DNA of 64,000 nucleotides, taken from positions 128,589 through 192,588 of the forward strand of contig JBAZXP010000001.1 of the NCBI GenBank assembly GCA_041659805.1, read 5' to 3'. Below the pieces are notes generated by a model. That model was not told where the DNA came from, made no database searches, and saw only the letters and a list, made by a program, of their open reading frames with translations. The translations under genes were made by a program, and so were the position numbers. This stretch comes from Microgenomates group bacterium (GTDB lineage Bacteria; Patescibacteriota; Microgenomatia; Daviesbacterales; UBA10151). Shown here piece after piece: positions 1 to 10,056 of the stretch (position 1 is the first letter of the stretch; each line of letters opens with the position of its first letter).

Positions 1-22
1 ATCTCATAATACTTTATACACT

Positions 23-1477
23 ATGCTTTCCGGCGTTTTCGGCGCCTTCCTGGTCACTATGGGTGGTAATTTACATACCATTTATATATTTTTCCAAAGT
101 TATCAATCAGATAATCCGGCTCCTTTCTGGAATTTACCTGCGATGCTAAATTTAAACGGTTACTGGTATCCTAACGCCACCCGATTTATTCCTTTTACAA
201 TCCATGAATTTCCTATTTATTCATTTGTCGTGTCAGACTTACACGGACACGTTTTAGATATACCCTTCGTTCTTCTTTTAATAGCTTTATTAATAGTTGT
301 ATTTTTCCAACAAAAGCTTAATTCGTTATTCTTGCTTCTTATCTCATTATTAATAGCTATTTTCCTGATGACAAATTTTCTTGATGCACCAATTTATTTA
401 TTGATCATTTTCTGTATTCTATTGACCAAAGAACTGAAAATTGAAAGTTTTGTGAAAGTGGCTAAAATATTAGCAATCATCACAGTTGGTGCAATTATTG
501 TATCCCTTCCTTTCTGGTTATCTTTTAAACCGTTCGGTTCAGGAATTGGAGTTGCTTGTCCACCGCAATTTCTGGCTAATATCGGTCAGATCGGTCCGTT
601 AATATTTGACGGCAATCATTGTGCCCATTCCCCTCTTTGGATGCTACTCATTCTTTGGGGCTTTCCGTTATTTATTTTATCGATTTTTCTTGCAACTCAT
701 TTGGATTTTAATTATCTAAAAATAAATAAAAATTTTAAATTTAAAGACTTTAATCCTGTAGATATCCTGGTTTTGACTTTTTCATTAGCAGCTTTTGTTT
801 TAATACTCATTCCTGAATTTTTCTATGTCAAAGATATTTATCCGGCTCATTGGAGGGCTAATACTGTTTTTAAATTCGGCTATCAGGCTTTTATTATTTT
901 GGGGTTAATGTCAGGATATATGATTATCAGGTTGCTACCCATATTTAAAAAATATTTTCCAATCACGATAGTAACAGCGTTTCTGTTTAGTTTAGTTGCA
1001 CTTTATCCTATGTTTGCAATTTATTCATATTTTAGTAATTTAGAAACTTACTCAGGATTAAACGGAACAGATTGGTTAAAATCCAGCTATTCTTCTGATT
1101 ACTCAGCGATAGCATGGATTAATAAAAATATTGAAGGTACTCCCGTAATTTTAGAAGCTCAGGGAGAATCATATTCTGATTTTGCCAGAGTTTCTTCTAA
1201 TACAGGATTACCCACAGTCATTGGTTGGACAGTCCATGAATGGCTTTGGAGAGGATCATATGATGAAGCAGGTAAAAGATCTACTGATGTAACAAATCTT
1301 TATGAAAGCACAGATTTAAACCTTACTAAACAATTAATTCAAAAATATAAAATAGAATATATCTTTTTAGGAACTTTAGAAAGACAAAAATATACAAAAC
1401 TAGACGAACAAAAACTTCAGAAATTAGGGAAAGTAGTCTTCCAGTATGAAACCACTAAAATTTACAAAATTAATTAA
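23..1477 (+). CDS. Polytopic integral membrane protein with C-terminal soluble domain, DUF2298 / Chlor_Arch_YYY-like; N-terminus may lie upstream of the window
   Basis: More than 10 predicted TM helices followed by a conserved C-terminal region (…GTPVILEAQGESYSDFARVSSNTGLPTVIGWTVHEWLWRG…) resembling the DUF2298 family. Confidence 0.45.
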   Translation: MLSGVFGAFLVTMGGNLHTIYIFFQSYQSDNPAPFWNLPAMLNLNGYWYPNATRFIPFTIHEFPIYSFVVSDLHGHVLDIPFVLLLIALLIVVFFQQKLNSLFLLLISLLIAIFLMTNFLDAPIYLLIIFCILLTKELKIESFVKVAKILAIITVGAIIVSLPFWLSFKPFGSGIGVACPPQFLANIGQIGPLIFDGNHCAHSPLWMLLILWGFPLFILSIFLATHLDFNYLKINKNFKFKDFNPVDILVLTFSLAAFVLILIPEFFYVKDIYPAHWRANTVFKFGYQAFIILGLMSGYMIIRLLPIFKKYFPITIVTAFLFSLVALYPMFAIYSYFSNLETYSGLNGTDWLKSSYSSDYSAIAWINKNIEGTPVILEAQGESYSDFARVSSNTGLPTVIGWTVHEWLWRGSYDEAGKRSTDVTNLYESTDLNLTKQLIQKYKIEYIFLGTLERQKYTKLDEQKLQKLGKVVFQYETTKIYKIN

Positions 1478-2007
1478 AGTTTTTTGACTTCATCTATTTC
1501 ATAAATCCAAATTTGTATAGTCCTTTGCCTGACAGGGTTTTTACCAGTTCCATCCCTGCCGTCAAATTCCAGCGCTGCTACCTCCTGATATTTTCCCAAG
1601 ACAGGTTTACCATCCTCAATTGGCACAAATACAGACGGATGCCCGTATAACATTGATCTGATATGACTGGGGGCATTGTAATCTTCGTCAACTTCATTAC
1701 AAAAAGGGTTATCCTGACAGCGATGGGTATATTCTGCAGTTGGTAAATCGAAACCTTCTTTTTTAGCCTGCCAAGCTCTGCTATCTGTAGGAACACAATG
1801 CAAAGCAAAATGTAACATATCTTTTAATAAATTGGGCTCAGAAATTTCCTGAATCACAATGGTGAGTGTGGTGTGTTTGGAATTAACCACCACAAAACCC
1901 TGTTTGACTTTGGATTTTTTAACAGCTTTCTTAACTTCATCCGTTAAATTCCGGAAGGCGGCATAATCAGTCGACGGAAATTCCAGTTCTTTTAAATATG
2001 CTTTCAT
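1474..2007 (-). CDS. YjbQ/UPF0047 family protein (secondary thiamine-phosphate synthase-like)
   Basis: N-terminal …GFVVVNSKHTTLTIVIQE… and C-terminal …NAPSHIRSMLYGHPSVFVPIEDGKPVLGKYQEVAALEFDG… match the YjbQ fold signature. Confidence 0.55.
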   Translation of the reverse strand: MKAYLKELEFPSTDYAAFRNLTDEVKKAVKKSKVKQGFVVVNSKHTTLTIVIQEISEPNLLKDMLHFALHCVPTDSRAWQAKKEGFDLPTAEYTHRCQDNPFCNEVDEDYNAPSHIRSMLYGHPSVFVPIEDGKPVLGKYQEVAALEFDGRDGTGKNPVRQRTIQIWIYEIDEVKKL

Positions 2008-2029
2008 TGGTGCTAATATATATTAGTCT

Positions 2030-2575
2030 ATGGATGTGCCCAATACCCCACGCTCCTTCGAAACAGCTTACCGTAAATGCGCTCTACCTTTAATGAAATT
2101 TTTAATAAAAAAAATGGGTGGTAATCAAATAGCAGCAGAAGAAGTTTTTTCCAATACGGTTTTTGCAGCCTGGAAAGGATTTCATACCTTTGAACATAAA
2201 TCAAAATTTTTTACCTGGATGTGCAGAATTGCCTTAAATAAAGCTGCCGATTATTACAAAGGTCAAATTCACAATGAATCACACTTGATCGCCCCTACCC
2301 TGATTGATTTGGCTAACATTAAGGATAAAAACTTAACACCGGAGGAAAAAGCTTCTTTAGATGAAATCAGAAATTGTGTTCATAATTGTCTAAACCTTTT
2401 ACCCGATGATAAAAGGAATCTTCTTTATCTGAGGTATTGGAAAGATATGACAATTAAAGGAATTGCGGAAACTTTTGATATTTCAGAAAGAGCTGCAGAG
2501 GGAAAAGTTTACCGAGCCAAACTTGCTTTCCGGGAAGTTGTCAGTAAAAAATATCCTGACCTGAGAGATTACTAA
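2030..2575 (+). CDS. RNA polymerase sigma factor, sigma-70/ECF-like (regions 2 and 4)
   Basis: Region 2-like FTWMCRIALNKAADYYK and region 4 HTH LYLRYWKDMTIKGIAETFDISERAAEGKVYRAK. Confidence 0.6.
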   Translation: MDVPNTPRSFETAYRKCALPLMKFLIKKMGGNQIAAEEVFSNTVFAAWKGFHTFEHKSKFFTWMCRIALNKAADYYKGQIHNESHLIAPTLIDLANIKDKNLTPEEKASLDEIRNCVHNCLNLLPDDKRNLLYLRYWKDMTIKGIAETFDISERAAEGKVYRAKLAFREVVSKKYPDLRDY

Positions 2576-3693
2576 TTAATTCTTTTAACTAAAAAGTCAG
2601 CCATTTCTTCTAAGAGCTTAGCTTTTTCAGAATCTTTGGTAATTTGTGGAATAATCTTTTTAGCAATATCAACCAATTCTTCAGCCTTTTTTTGAGAATA
2701 GTCCGGAGCACCAGTATCTTTAAATACTTTTCTAATAGCATCCAATTCTTTATCTCCAATATTTTCCTTACCATAATATTTATCCAGTATTTTATTTTGT
2801 TCTTCTGAAGCTTTTTCCCTGGCATGGATTATCATCAAGGTTAATTTTCCTTCTTCTATATCAGAGGTTACCGGTTTGCCTATTGTTTCTTCTTTCCCAA
2901 AAACTCCTAAAATATCATCCTGAATTTGAAAAGCTATTCCTAAGTTAGTTCCAAACTCCTCAATATCTTTTAGTAACATTTGCTCCGCCCCACCCAAAAT
3001 TGCCCCCATCTGCATCGGTCCTGTAATTGTATATTCAGCTGTTTTAAGTTTAAAAATAGTTAAAACATCTGAAGCGGTTTTTTCTCCTTTAAGATAAGGC
3101 AACTCCACATCCAATACTTCTCCCCAACCGGTGTTGATAGTGGTTCTGGCAAAACAATTTAAAGCAGAATTTTTGATCTTTTCAGGAAAATTATTGTCAG
3201 TTAGAAGTTTCATAGTCAGAAAGAAACCAATATCTCCCAAACAAATAGTTTGAGAAATACCATGATGATCTCCACCCAAAACTTTATACAAAGTGGGCTT
3301 GCCCCGTCTAAGCAAACTTTTATCAATAATGTCATCATGGGCCAAAATTGCAGTTTGAAAAATTTCAACAGCTACAGCAGGTTTTAAAATATCTTTAGTT
3401 TCCTTACCTGATGCTATCTCATAACCTAATTTAACCAAGGCTCCCCTAAGTCTTTTTCCACCAGAACAAGCCTCAATAAATGCTTGATTTAAAGGAATTA
3501 ATTTATTATTTATTACCCCAACTTCACTGCTCCACTCAGTAAAAATGCTATCCATTTCCTGATTTATTTCTTCTGCAGCAATTTGCAAATAATTTTTAAA
3601 ATCCATCTGTGCTAAATTTAACATATAATTTTGATATAATCCATCAATGCAGAAACCATTATTTATTATTAAATTAGGAGGAAGTGTTATCAC
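2572..3693 (-). CDS. Polyprenyl (geranylgeranyl/farnesyl) diphosphate synthase
   Basis: Two Asp-rich motifs LAHDDIIDKS and FQIQDDILGVFG, typical of trans-isoprenyl diphosphate synthases. Confidence 0.8.
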   Translation of the reverse strand: MITLPPNLIINNGFCIDGLYQNYMLNLAQMDFKNYLQIAAEEINQEMDSIFTEWSSEVGVINNKLIPLNQAFIEACSGGKRLRGALVKLGYEIASGKETKDILKPAVAVEIFQTAILAHDDIIDKSLLRRGKPTLYKVLGGDHHGISQTICLGDIGFFLTMKLLTDNNFPEKIKNSALNCFARTTINTGWGEVLDVELPYLKGEKTASDVLTIFKLKTAEYTITGPMQMGAILGGAEQMLLKDIEEFGTNLGIAFQIQDDILGVFGKEETIGKPVTSDIEEGKLTLMIIHAREKASEEQNKILDKYYGKENIGDKELDAIRKVFKDTGAPDYSQKKAEELVDIAKKIIPQITKDSEKAKLLEEMADFLVKRIN

Positions 3694-4450
3694 TTATAAA
3701 GACAGCTCTATTCCCAAAATAAGAACTTCTGTTATCAACCGCTTAGCCAAAGAAATCAAACACATCAAAGATGAAATTAATTGTCGTGTAATTATTGTCC
3801 ATGGAGTCGGCTCTTTCGGCCACCCGGCAGCTAAAAAATATAATTTGAGCAAAGGCATGACAACCAAAGAAGAAAAATACGGTTACTGCTTAATGGAGGC
3901 TCAGGACCTGGAGTTGAATTCAAAAATACTTTCAGCTTTTATAAAATTTAAAATCCCTGCAATCGGTTTTTCTCCTCATTCCTTTATCACAACTTCAAAT
4001 AAAAATTTTTCCGGTTTTGATACCTCAATCATTGAAGGATATTTGCATCAAGACATTGTTCCTGTTTTACACGGAGACGCAGTTTTAGATAAAAAATTAG
4101 GTTGTTCAATTCTTTCAGGGGATATATCTGTTTCTTTTTTGGCAAAAAAATTGAAAGCTGACAAAATTATTTTTGTTTCAGATGTGGATGGAATATTCGA
4201 CATAGACCCCAAAAAAAATCCAAATGCCAAATTAATTCCATTAATTAATAATAAAAACCTAAATGAAGTTTTATTAGGTTTAACTCCGAATAATAAAGAT
4301 GACGTCACAGGAGAAATGAAAGGAAAGGTTTTGGAAATTCAGAAATATCTTTCAAATATTCCAGTTTTAGTAGTTAACGGATATAAACCAAAAACATTAA
4401 TTAAGGCTGTCTCTGGTGAAGCCATCGGAACACAGCTTCTTTTCCGTTAA
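3647..4450 (+). CDS. Isopentenyl phosphate kinase (amino-acid-kinase fold)
   Basis: FIIKLGGSVIT … IIVHGVGSFGHP motifs and ~265 aa length characteristic of IPK. Confidence 0.6.
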   Translation: MQKPLFIIKLGGSVITYKDSSIPKIRTSVINRLAKEIKHIKDEINCRVIIVHGVGSFGHPAAKKYNLSKGMTTKEEKYGYCLMEAQDLELNSKILSAFIKFKIPAIGFSPHSFITTSNKNFSGFDTSIIEGYLHQDIVPVLHGDAVLDKKLGCSILSGDISVSFLAKKLKADKIIFVSDVDGIFDIDPKKNPNAKLIPLINNKNLNEVLLGLTPNNKDDVTGEMKGKVLEIQKYLSNIPVLVVNGYKPKTLIKAVSGEAIGTQLLFR

Positions 4451-4985
4451 CTCCTGAATCAACTAAACCATAAACTTCAGAAGGAATTTGATCAACTAAA
4501 TCTGTATGTCCGTATTCTCCCGGCTTAAAATTGCTGGGGTTAGATTGTAGACGCATGTAATCGCTCACTGTCTCAAAAACCCCCGGTCTAAAACGTAAGC
4601 TTCCTTTTGACGATATTACTTCTTGCAAAGGAAGCCATTCAACCGGAGAAACTTCATCAATAAATTCTCCTCTCCCAACTAAATCTTTTGCAGAAATATT
4701 AACAAAATAATTCCGTAATTCTACACTAGGTCTGGTTTCTACTGAATTCAACAACACAAAATTTTCTGGATTAATTATTAATTTAACTTCTTCTTTGCAA
4801 GCCCTGCAAAGTGTTGCAGAGTCGTCTTTGTCAAAATCTTCAATAGTTTCCATTGGATGGGTTTGTTGACCTGCAATTTTGACTGATTTACGGCTGGTAT
4901 TTTCTTCAGTCACTGCCGCAAACTCACCTCCACAAACTATCAATGCTCCAACTGCAAAAAGGGTTGGTTGAATTTCTGATTTCAT
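4401..4985 (-). CDS. Hypothetical protein (Cys-containing); convergently overlaps the IPK 3' end by 50 nt
   Basis: ORF only; no recognisable motif. Confidence 0.3.
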   Translation of the reverse strand: MKSEIQPTLFAVGALIVCGGEFAAVTEENTSRKSVKIAGQQTHPMETIEDFDKDDSATLCRACKEEVKLIINPENFVLLNSVETRPSVELRNYFVNISAKDLVGRGEFIDEVSPVEWLPLQEVISSKGSLRFRPGVFETVSDYMRLQSNPSNFKPGEYGHTDLVDQIPSEVYGLVDSGVNGKEAVFRWLHQRQP

Positions 4986-5058
4986 GGCCGAAGTATATCA
5001 TAAGCAATCATGCAAGTTAAATTTTGAACCTAAGAAGTGATATAATTCATCCACTAAA

Positions 5059-5979
5059 ATGAAACATTTTCCTAATAAACTATTGCTCGCCTCTCCTCGT
5101 GGTTTTTGTGCTGGTGTAAAACGGGCAATCAATACCTTGGAAGGTCTGATAGAAAAAAATCCCAATAAAACCATTTATTGTTATCATCAAATAGTCCATA
5201 ACAAAACAGTTGTTAAAGATTTTACAAACAAGGGCGTTATTTTTGTTGATGATTTAAGTAAAGTTCCTGAAAAATCAATTTTGGTTTTTTCTTCCCATGG
5301 TGTCTCCCCTGCTTTAATTAAACAGGCAAAAAAAAATAAATTAAAAATCATTGATGCCACCTGTCCTTTTGTTATAAAAACCCATAAAGAAGTTAAGGAT
5401 TTTGCCAAAAAGAATTTTAAAATTATTTATATCGGACAAAAAGATCATGATGAAACAATCGGCACAACAGATGAAGCACTTAACCAGACTATTATTGTTT
5501 CTGATATAGAGGATATTAAAAGTTTAGATATTCCCAAAAATACTCAAGTTGCGATTGTTACTCAAACAACATTATCTTTTGATGAAACAAAAAAATTGGT
5601 TCAAGCTTTGGAGAAAAAATTCCCAGAATTAATAAAACCTAAACTGGCAGACATCTGCCAAGCTACACAAAACAGACAAAACGGAGTTAAAAAAATTGTT
5701 AAAATGGGTGCAGAGATAGTCATAGTTCTGGGTTCAAAAAACAGTTCTAATTCAAATAAATTAAAAACAGTTGCAGAAAATGCCGGCGCAAGAGCCTATC
5801 TTCTGGATGATATCACGGAAATAGATATTAAGGATTTAGAAAACATTAAATGTGTTGGTCTAACAGCTGGTGCTTCTTTACCGGAATATAAAATAGTAAA
5901 AGCAATCAAATGGTTTAAAAAACACGGAATAACGGAAATCGAAGAAGTCAGTGCTGCAGTAGAAAATAATTTACTTTGA
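5059..5979 (+). CDS. ispH: 4-hydroxy-3-methylbut-2-enyl diphosphate reductase (IspH/LytB)
   Basis: N-terminal LASPRGFCAGVKRAI and overall LytB architecture. Confidence 0.85.
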   Translation: MKHFPNKLLLASPRGFCAGVKRAINTLEGLIEKNPNKTIYCYHQIVHNKTVVKDFTNKGVIFVDDLSKVPEKSILVFSSHGVSPALIKQAKKNKLKIIDATCPFVIKTHKEVKDFAKKNFKIIYIGQKDHDETIGTTDEALNQTIIVSDIEDIKSLDIPKNTQVAIVTQTTLSFDETKKLVQALEKKFPELIKPKLADICQATQNRQNGVKKIVKMGAEIVIVLGSKNSSNSNKLKTVAENAGARAYLLDDITEIDIKDLENIKCVGLTAGASLPEYKIVKAIKWFKKHGITEIEEVSAAVENNLL

Positions 5980-6225
5980 AATCTTGATAGCAGAGGTCGG
6001 ACAACTGGCTGCTGCTTCTTCTATTGTTTTTTCACTATCATAAGGACCTTCCTCTTTTACTACACTAATTGATTCACCATCTAACTCAAATGTTTTAGGT
6101 GCCATAAAAACACAAGAAGAGCAGGAAATACACTCTGCCCTATTAATGACAATCTTTAATTTATCTACCTGGTAAGTTTTTGTTTTATCAGCCATGTTGA
6201 TTATTTTACACAATATTATTGACAA
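5971..6225 (-). CDS. Small 4Fe-4S ferredoxin
   Basis: CISCSSCV … CP cysteine spacing. Confidence 0.55.
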   Translation of the reverse strand: MSIILCKIINMADKTKTYQVDKLKIVINRAECISCSSCVFMAPKTFELDGESISVVKEEGPYDSEKTIEEAAASCPTSAIKISK

Positions 6226-6255
6226 ATATCAACATATTGATTACCATCTATATAT

Positions 6256-6519
6256 ATGAAATTAACTTCTGCTTGTTCAGGATGTTTTGCAGGTTTGTCT
6301 TGTAACACCAGAATGGATATGATCAGCCTTTTGCAAGAAAAAAAGAAACTAACCGTTTCTGAAATTGCCAAGCATTTTAAAGTCTCCCAACCGACAGTCT
6401 CACATCATCTGAAATTCCTGGAAGAAGTTGGAGTGCTTTCCTCTAAAAAAGAAGGTCGTAAAGTTTTTTATACTTTAGCTCCTGACTGTGATAATAAAGA
6501 TTGTCATATTTTTGATTAA
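6256..6519 (+). CDS. ArsR/SmtB family transcriptional regulator
   Basis: HTH …VSQPTVSHHLKFLEEVGVL…. Confidence 0.65.
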   Translation: MKLTSACSGCFAGLSCNTRMDMISLLQEKKKLTVSEIAKHFKVSQPTVSHHLKFLEEVGVLSSKKEGRKVFYTLAPDCDNKDCHIFD

Positions 6520-7743
6520 ATGAAATCTATATATTTAGATTATGCTGCCACTACTCCAGTAGACCTGAGTGTTATCAAAAAAATGCAGCCTTTTTTTGAT
6601 ACTATTTTTGGCAACCCGTCCGAGATTCATAAATGGGGCGCAAAAGCGTCAGAAGGCATAAAAAATGCCCGCTCACAGATCTCACAGGCTTTGAACTGTA
6701 ATCCTACTGAAATAACCTACACCAGCTGTGCTACAGAATCTATTAATTTATCCCACAAAGGTTTGATTGAAGCATTTTCTCACCCTAATCACCCCATTCC
6801 CCCAAATCTCCCCCACATCATAACTTCTAGTATTGAACATAAAGCAGTTTTGGAAACTTGTAAACATCTGGAAAAGTTAGGTTGGGCAAAAGTTACGTAT
6901 TTGCCCGTTGATGAGTATGGCTTGGTTTCTGTTGCAGAAGTTGAAAAAGCTATAACCCCCCAAACCACCCTAATCTCCCTAATGTATGTTAATAATGAAG
7001 TAGGAACTATTCAACCAATTGCTGAAATTGGAAAACTACTTAAAACAAAATACCCCAAAATATATTTTCATACTGATGCCACCCAGGCTCTCCCCTACCT
7101 TGATTGTGATGTTAAGAAATTAAATGTAGATTTATTATCTTTTACAGGACATAAAATTTATGCTCCCAAAGGAATCGGCGGATTATATATAAAAAGCGGT
7201 GTACCGGTAATCAGACAACAGGACGGCGGCTCACAGGAAAATAATTTAAGAGCAGGAACTGAGTCTGTTCCGTTAATTGTAGGGCTGGGACAAGCAGTAG
7301 AGCTGGTAATAAAAAACAGAGCAAAAGAATCCTCTCGCCTTAAAGCATTACAAAAAAATTTGATCTCTCAACTTGTAATAGTTCCAGGGATACAGTTAAC
7401 AGGTCCTAAAACAAATAGAGCCCCTCATATCGCGTCTTTTATAGTTAAGGATGTTGAAGGAGAGGCAATGATGCTGCTTTTATCAGATCTTGGGATTGCA
7501 GTTTCTACTGGTTCTGCCTGTAACAGCCAGATTTTAACATCATCTCATGTACTGGAAGCAATGGGAATTAAAGCAGAAGATTCCCATGGATCACTCCGCC
7601 TTTCTCTGGGAAAGGATACAACAAAACAAGATATTGAATATGCAATTTCCTGTGTTAAAAAAGTCGTTTTAAATTTAAGAAAAATGTCGCCCGTTTTTGA
7701 CGAAGAAGAAAACGCCCTGAGCGAAGTCGAAGGGTTACACTAA
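6520..7743 (+). CDS. iscS: Cysteine desulfurase (IscS/NifS)
   Basis: PLP-binding SFTGHKIYAPKGIGGLYIK and active-site STGSACNS. Confidence 0.85.
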   Translation: MKSIYLDYAATTPVDLSVIKKMQPFFDTIFGNPSEIHKWGAKASEGIKNARSQISQALNCNPTEITYTSCATESINLSHKGLIEAFSHPNHPIPPNLPHIITSSIEHKAVLETCKHLEKLGWAKVTYLPVDEYGLVSVAEVEKAITPQTTLISLMYVNNEVGTIQPIAEIGKLLKTKYPKIYFHTDATQALPYLDCDVKKLNVDLLSFTGHKIYAPKGIGGLYIKSGVPVIRQQDGGSQENNLRAGTESVPLIVGLGQAVELVIKNRAKESSRLKALQKNLISQLVIVPGIQLTGPKTNRAPHIASFIVKDVEGEAMMLLLSDLGIAVSTGSACNSQILTSSHVLEAMGIKAEDSHGSLRLSLGKDTTKQDIEYAISCVKKVVLNLRKMSPVFDEEENALSEVEGLH

Positions 7744-7744
7744 T

Positions 7745-8134
7745 ATGGATTTATCCTACACAAAAGAAGTCTTAAAACATTTAAAGTCTCCTAAAAATAT
7801 GGGAAAAATTAAAAACCCAAGTGGTGAGGGTATGGTAGGAAACAGAGTTTGTGGAGATATTATGAAAATGTATTTGAAAATTATCAAAAATGAAAAAGGT
7901 GAAGAAATTATCTCTGATATAAAATTTCAGACTTTGGGTTGTGGAGCTGCTATTGCTACCTCTTCTGTGTTAACAACTTTGGCAAAAGGAAAAACAGTGG
8001 AAGAAGCTTTAAAAATTTCCAAGGATGATATTATCAAGGCTTTAGGAGGTTTACCTGCCATTAAAGTCCATTGTTCAATCCTGGCAGACGAGGCTTTAAA
8101 AAAAGCTGTGGAAGATTTTAGGTCTAAAAAATAA
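7745..8134 (+). CDS. iscU: Fe-S cluster scaffold protein IscU/NifU
   Basis: Conserved GNRVCGDIMKMYLKI, LGCGAAIATSS and HCSILA motifs, immediately downstream of iscS. Confidence 0.8.
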   Translation: MDLSYTKEVLKHLKSPKNMGKIKNPSGEGMVGNRVCGDIMKMYLKIIKNEKGEEIISDIKFQTLGCGAAIATSSVLTTLAKGKTVEEALKISKDDIIKALGGLPAIKVHCSILADEALKKAVEDFRSKK

Positions 8135-8138
8135 CAAT

Positions 8139-8543
8139 ATGTTTAATCACGAGCCGTCCGGTTACCTTTGTCCTTTTTGTAAATTAGCTCAGGGAGAAGA
8201 AGACGAAATTAATAAAAAAGAATATATTGTTTATGAAGATAAAAATACTCTTGCCTATGTTTCCCCTAAATGGTGGATAAATAATCCGGGAAACGTATTA
8301 GTCATTTCTAAAAAACATGTTGAAAATATTTATGATACTCCTGATGACCTTTTATGTGATGTTTACCTTACAGTAAAAAAAATATCAATCGCTGTTAAGA
8401 AAACTTACAAATGTGATGGAACTTCAACAAGACAACATAATGAACCAGCAGGAGGTCAGGATGTCTGGCACTTTCATGTGCATGTATTTCCCAGATACGA
8501 AAATGACGATCTCTATAAAAACCATGATAAAAAAAATGGGTAG
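8139..8543 (+). CDS. HIT family (histidine triad) hydrolase
   Basis: HFHVHVFPR triad. Confidence 0.7.
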   Translation: MFNHEPSGYLCPFCKLAQGEEDEINKKEYIVYEDKNTLAYVSPKWWINNPGNVLVISKKHVENIYDTPDDLLCDVYLTVKKISIAVKKTYKCDGTSTRQHNEPAGGQDVWHFHVHVFPRYENDDLYKNHDKKNG

Positions 8544-8601
8544 ATCTTGAAAAAAGAATGGTTTATGTAAAAAGGCTGAAAGACTTCTTCTCTAAATAAA
8601 A

Positions 8602-9411
8602 TTACTTTAAAGCAGCGTTGACTGTTGGTTCCATTGTTGAATATGGAATAGCCCCTGGAAAATTGGTGGTATTCAAATAAAACCCTGGTGTTCCCTGAAC
8701 ATTTAATCCTTCTGCCAGTGCCGAATCTTCTTGTAAACGATTATCATATTTACCACTATCCAGACATGATTTCATAACGCTTGGGTCAAAAACTGAGGCA
8801 AGAAAGTCAGCCAATTCCCCTGATTTTGTCTTATCATTTTTGACTGTATTATTTAACAAATCATATCCTTTTTCGCTCATAACTAAGTTATGAACCTCCC
8901 AAAATTTATTATTCTCAAATGCACAATACATAGCTTTAGTTCCCATTTCACCAGCACCATGACCGTTATAATAAATCCAGGCAAAAGAAGCCTTACCAGA
9001 TTTTACTAACTTCTCTATCTCTGCAACTGGAGCAACATATGTCCCACCATCTTTAACAAGAGTGAATTTGGATCCCATTTGTTTATTTAAGGCTGAATTT
9101 TGACCAGCAGCTGCCTGGCAATAAGGACAACTCGGATCAGATATTTCTATGGCAATTAATTTGCTATTTGAGTCACCAAATTTAATAAACGCTTTATTAA
9201 AAGAATTTTTGATTTGAGTTAAACTGAGTGGGGCTTGAGTGGGCTGTGCTTGAGCAGAGGGTGTTGGAGTCACAGTTGCTACACCTTTTACTCCTTTTGT
9301 TTCAAGTCTAATAGGAATAACTCCACCAGAAATTAAAATGGCACCAGCAATAACGATTGAACCGATTAGTATAGCGACAGGAGATGTTAAAAAAGATTCT
9401 TTTTGATCCAT
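8602..9411 (-). CDS. DsbA-like thiol:disulfide oxidoreductase with N-terminal membrane anchor
   Basis: TM helix followed by a low-complexity linker and CPYC active site in a thioredoxin-fold domain. Confidence 0.6.
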   Translation of the reverse strand: MDQKESFLTSPVAILIGSIVIAGAILISGGVIPIRLETKGVKGVATVTPTPSAQAQPTQAPLSLTQIKNSFNKAFIKFGDSNSKLIAIEISDPSCPYCQAAAGQNSALNKQMGSKFTLVKDGGTYVAPVAEIEKLVKSGKASFAWIYYNGHGAGEMGTKAMYCAFENNKFWEVHNLVMSEKGYDLLNNTVKNDKTKSGELADFLASVFDPSVMKSCLDSGKYDNRLQEDSALAEGLNVQGTPGFYLNTTNFPGAIPYSTMEPTVNAALK

Positions 9412-9465
9412 AATTTAGAAGGTGGAGCTAGTGTAACGAAAGTTTAAATTAGTGTCAACCCCAGT

Positions 9466-10044
9466 CTAGTTATATTGATTCTGGGCAGCTTCTAATCCTT
9501 TTTCTATAACCATTTCTGTGGCTTTAACAGCTTCTTTAATCATTGTTTTAACCTTGCTTTTTTCAGAAGGGATAAAATCTTCCACCACAAATCTATTGGC
9601 ATCAAAATGTTTACCTGCCCTCTCTCCACCAATTGAATGAATATTTCCGATCCCAAGTCTTACCCTAATAAAATCAGGAGACCCCAAATCCTTAATCACA
9701 GATTCAACACCGTGATGTCCTGATCCCCCACCCCCAATTCTGATTTTTATTTTTCCTAAAGGTAAATCCAGCTCATCATGAATTAAAATAATATCTGATA
9801 AAGGAACTTTAAAATAATCTGCTACTAGTTTTACTCCCATACCAGAATTATTCATGAATGTCTGGGGTTTTACAAAAATAAATTGATCTGTTTTGGCAAT
9901 ATATGACTTGAGTTTTTTATTTTCTTCCCATGATACTTGATACTTAATACCTGATACATATTCATCCACCACCCTAAACCCCAGATTATGTCTGGTGTTT
10001 TCATATTTTTCTCCTGGATTTCCTAAACCGATAATTATTTTCAT
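9466..10044 (-). CDS. pth: Peptidyl-tRNA hydrolase
   Basis: MKIIIGLGNPGEKYENTRHNLGF N-terminus. Confidence 0.85.
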   Translation of the reverse strand: MKIIIGLGNPGEKYENTRHNLGFRVVDEYVSGIKYQVSWEENKKLKSYIAKTDQFIFVKPQTFMNNSGMGVKLVADYFKVPLSDIILIHDELDLPLGKIKIRIGGGGSGHHGVESVIKDLGSPDFIRVRLGIGNIHSIGGERAGKHFDANRFVVEDFIPSEKSKVKTMIKEAVKATEMVIEKGLEAAQNQYN

Positions 10045-10056
10045 ACAACTATAACA

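Noticed and set aside
6781-6990. C-rich runs inside iscS (HPNHPIPPNLP, TPQTT) as further insertion elements
   Set aside because: They have no hairpin and do not share the CTGACGA motif. They look like ordinary Pro/Thr codon runs. Not grouped with the recF/polA inserts.
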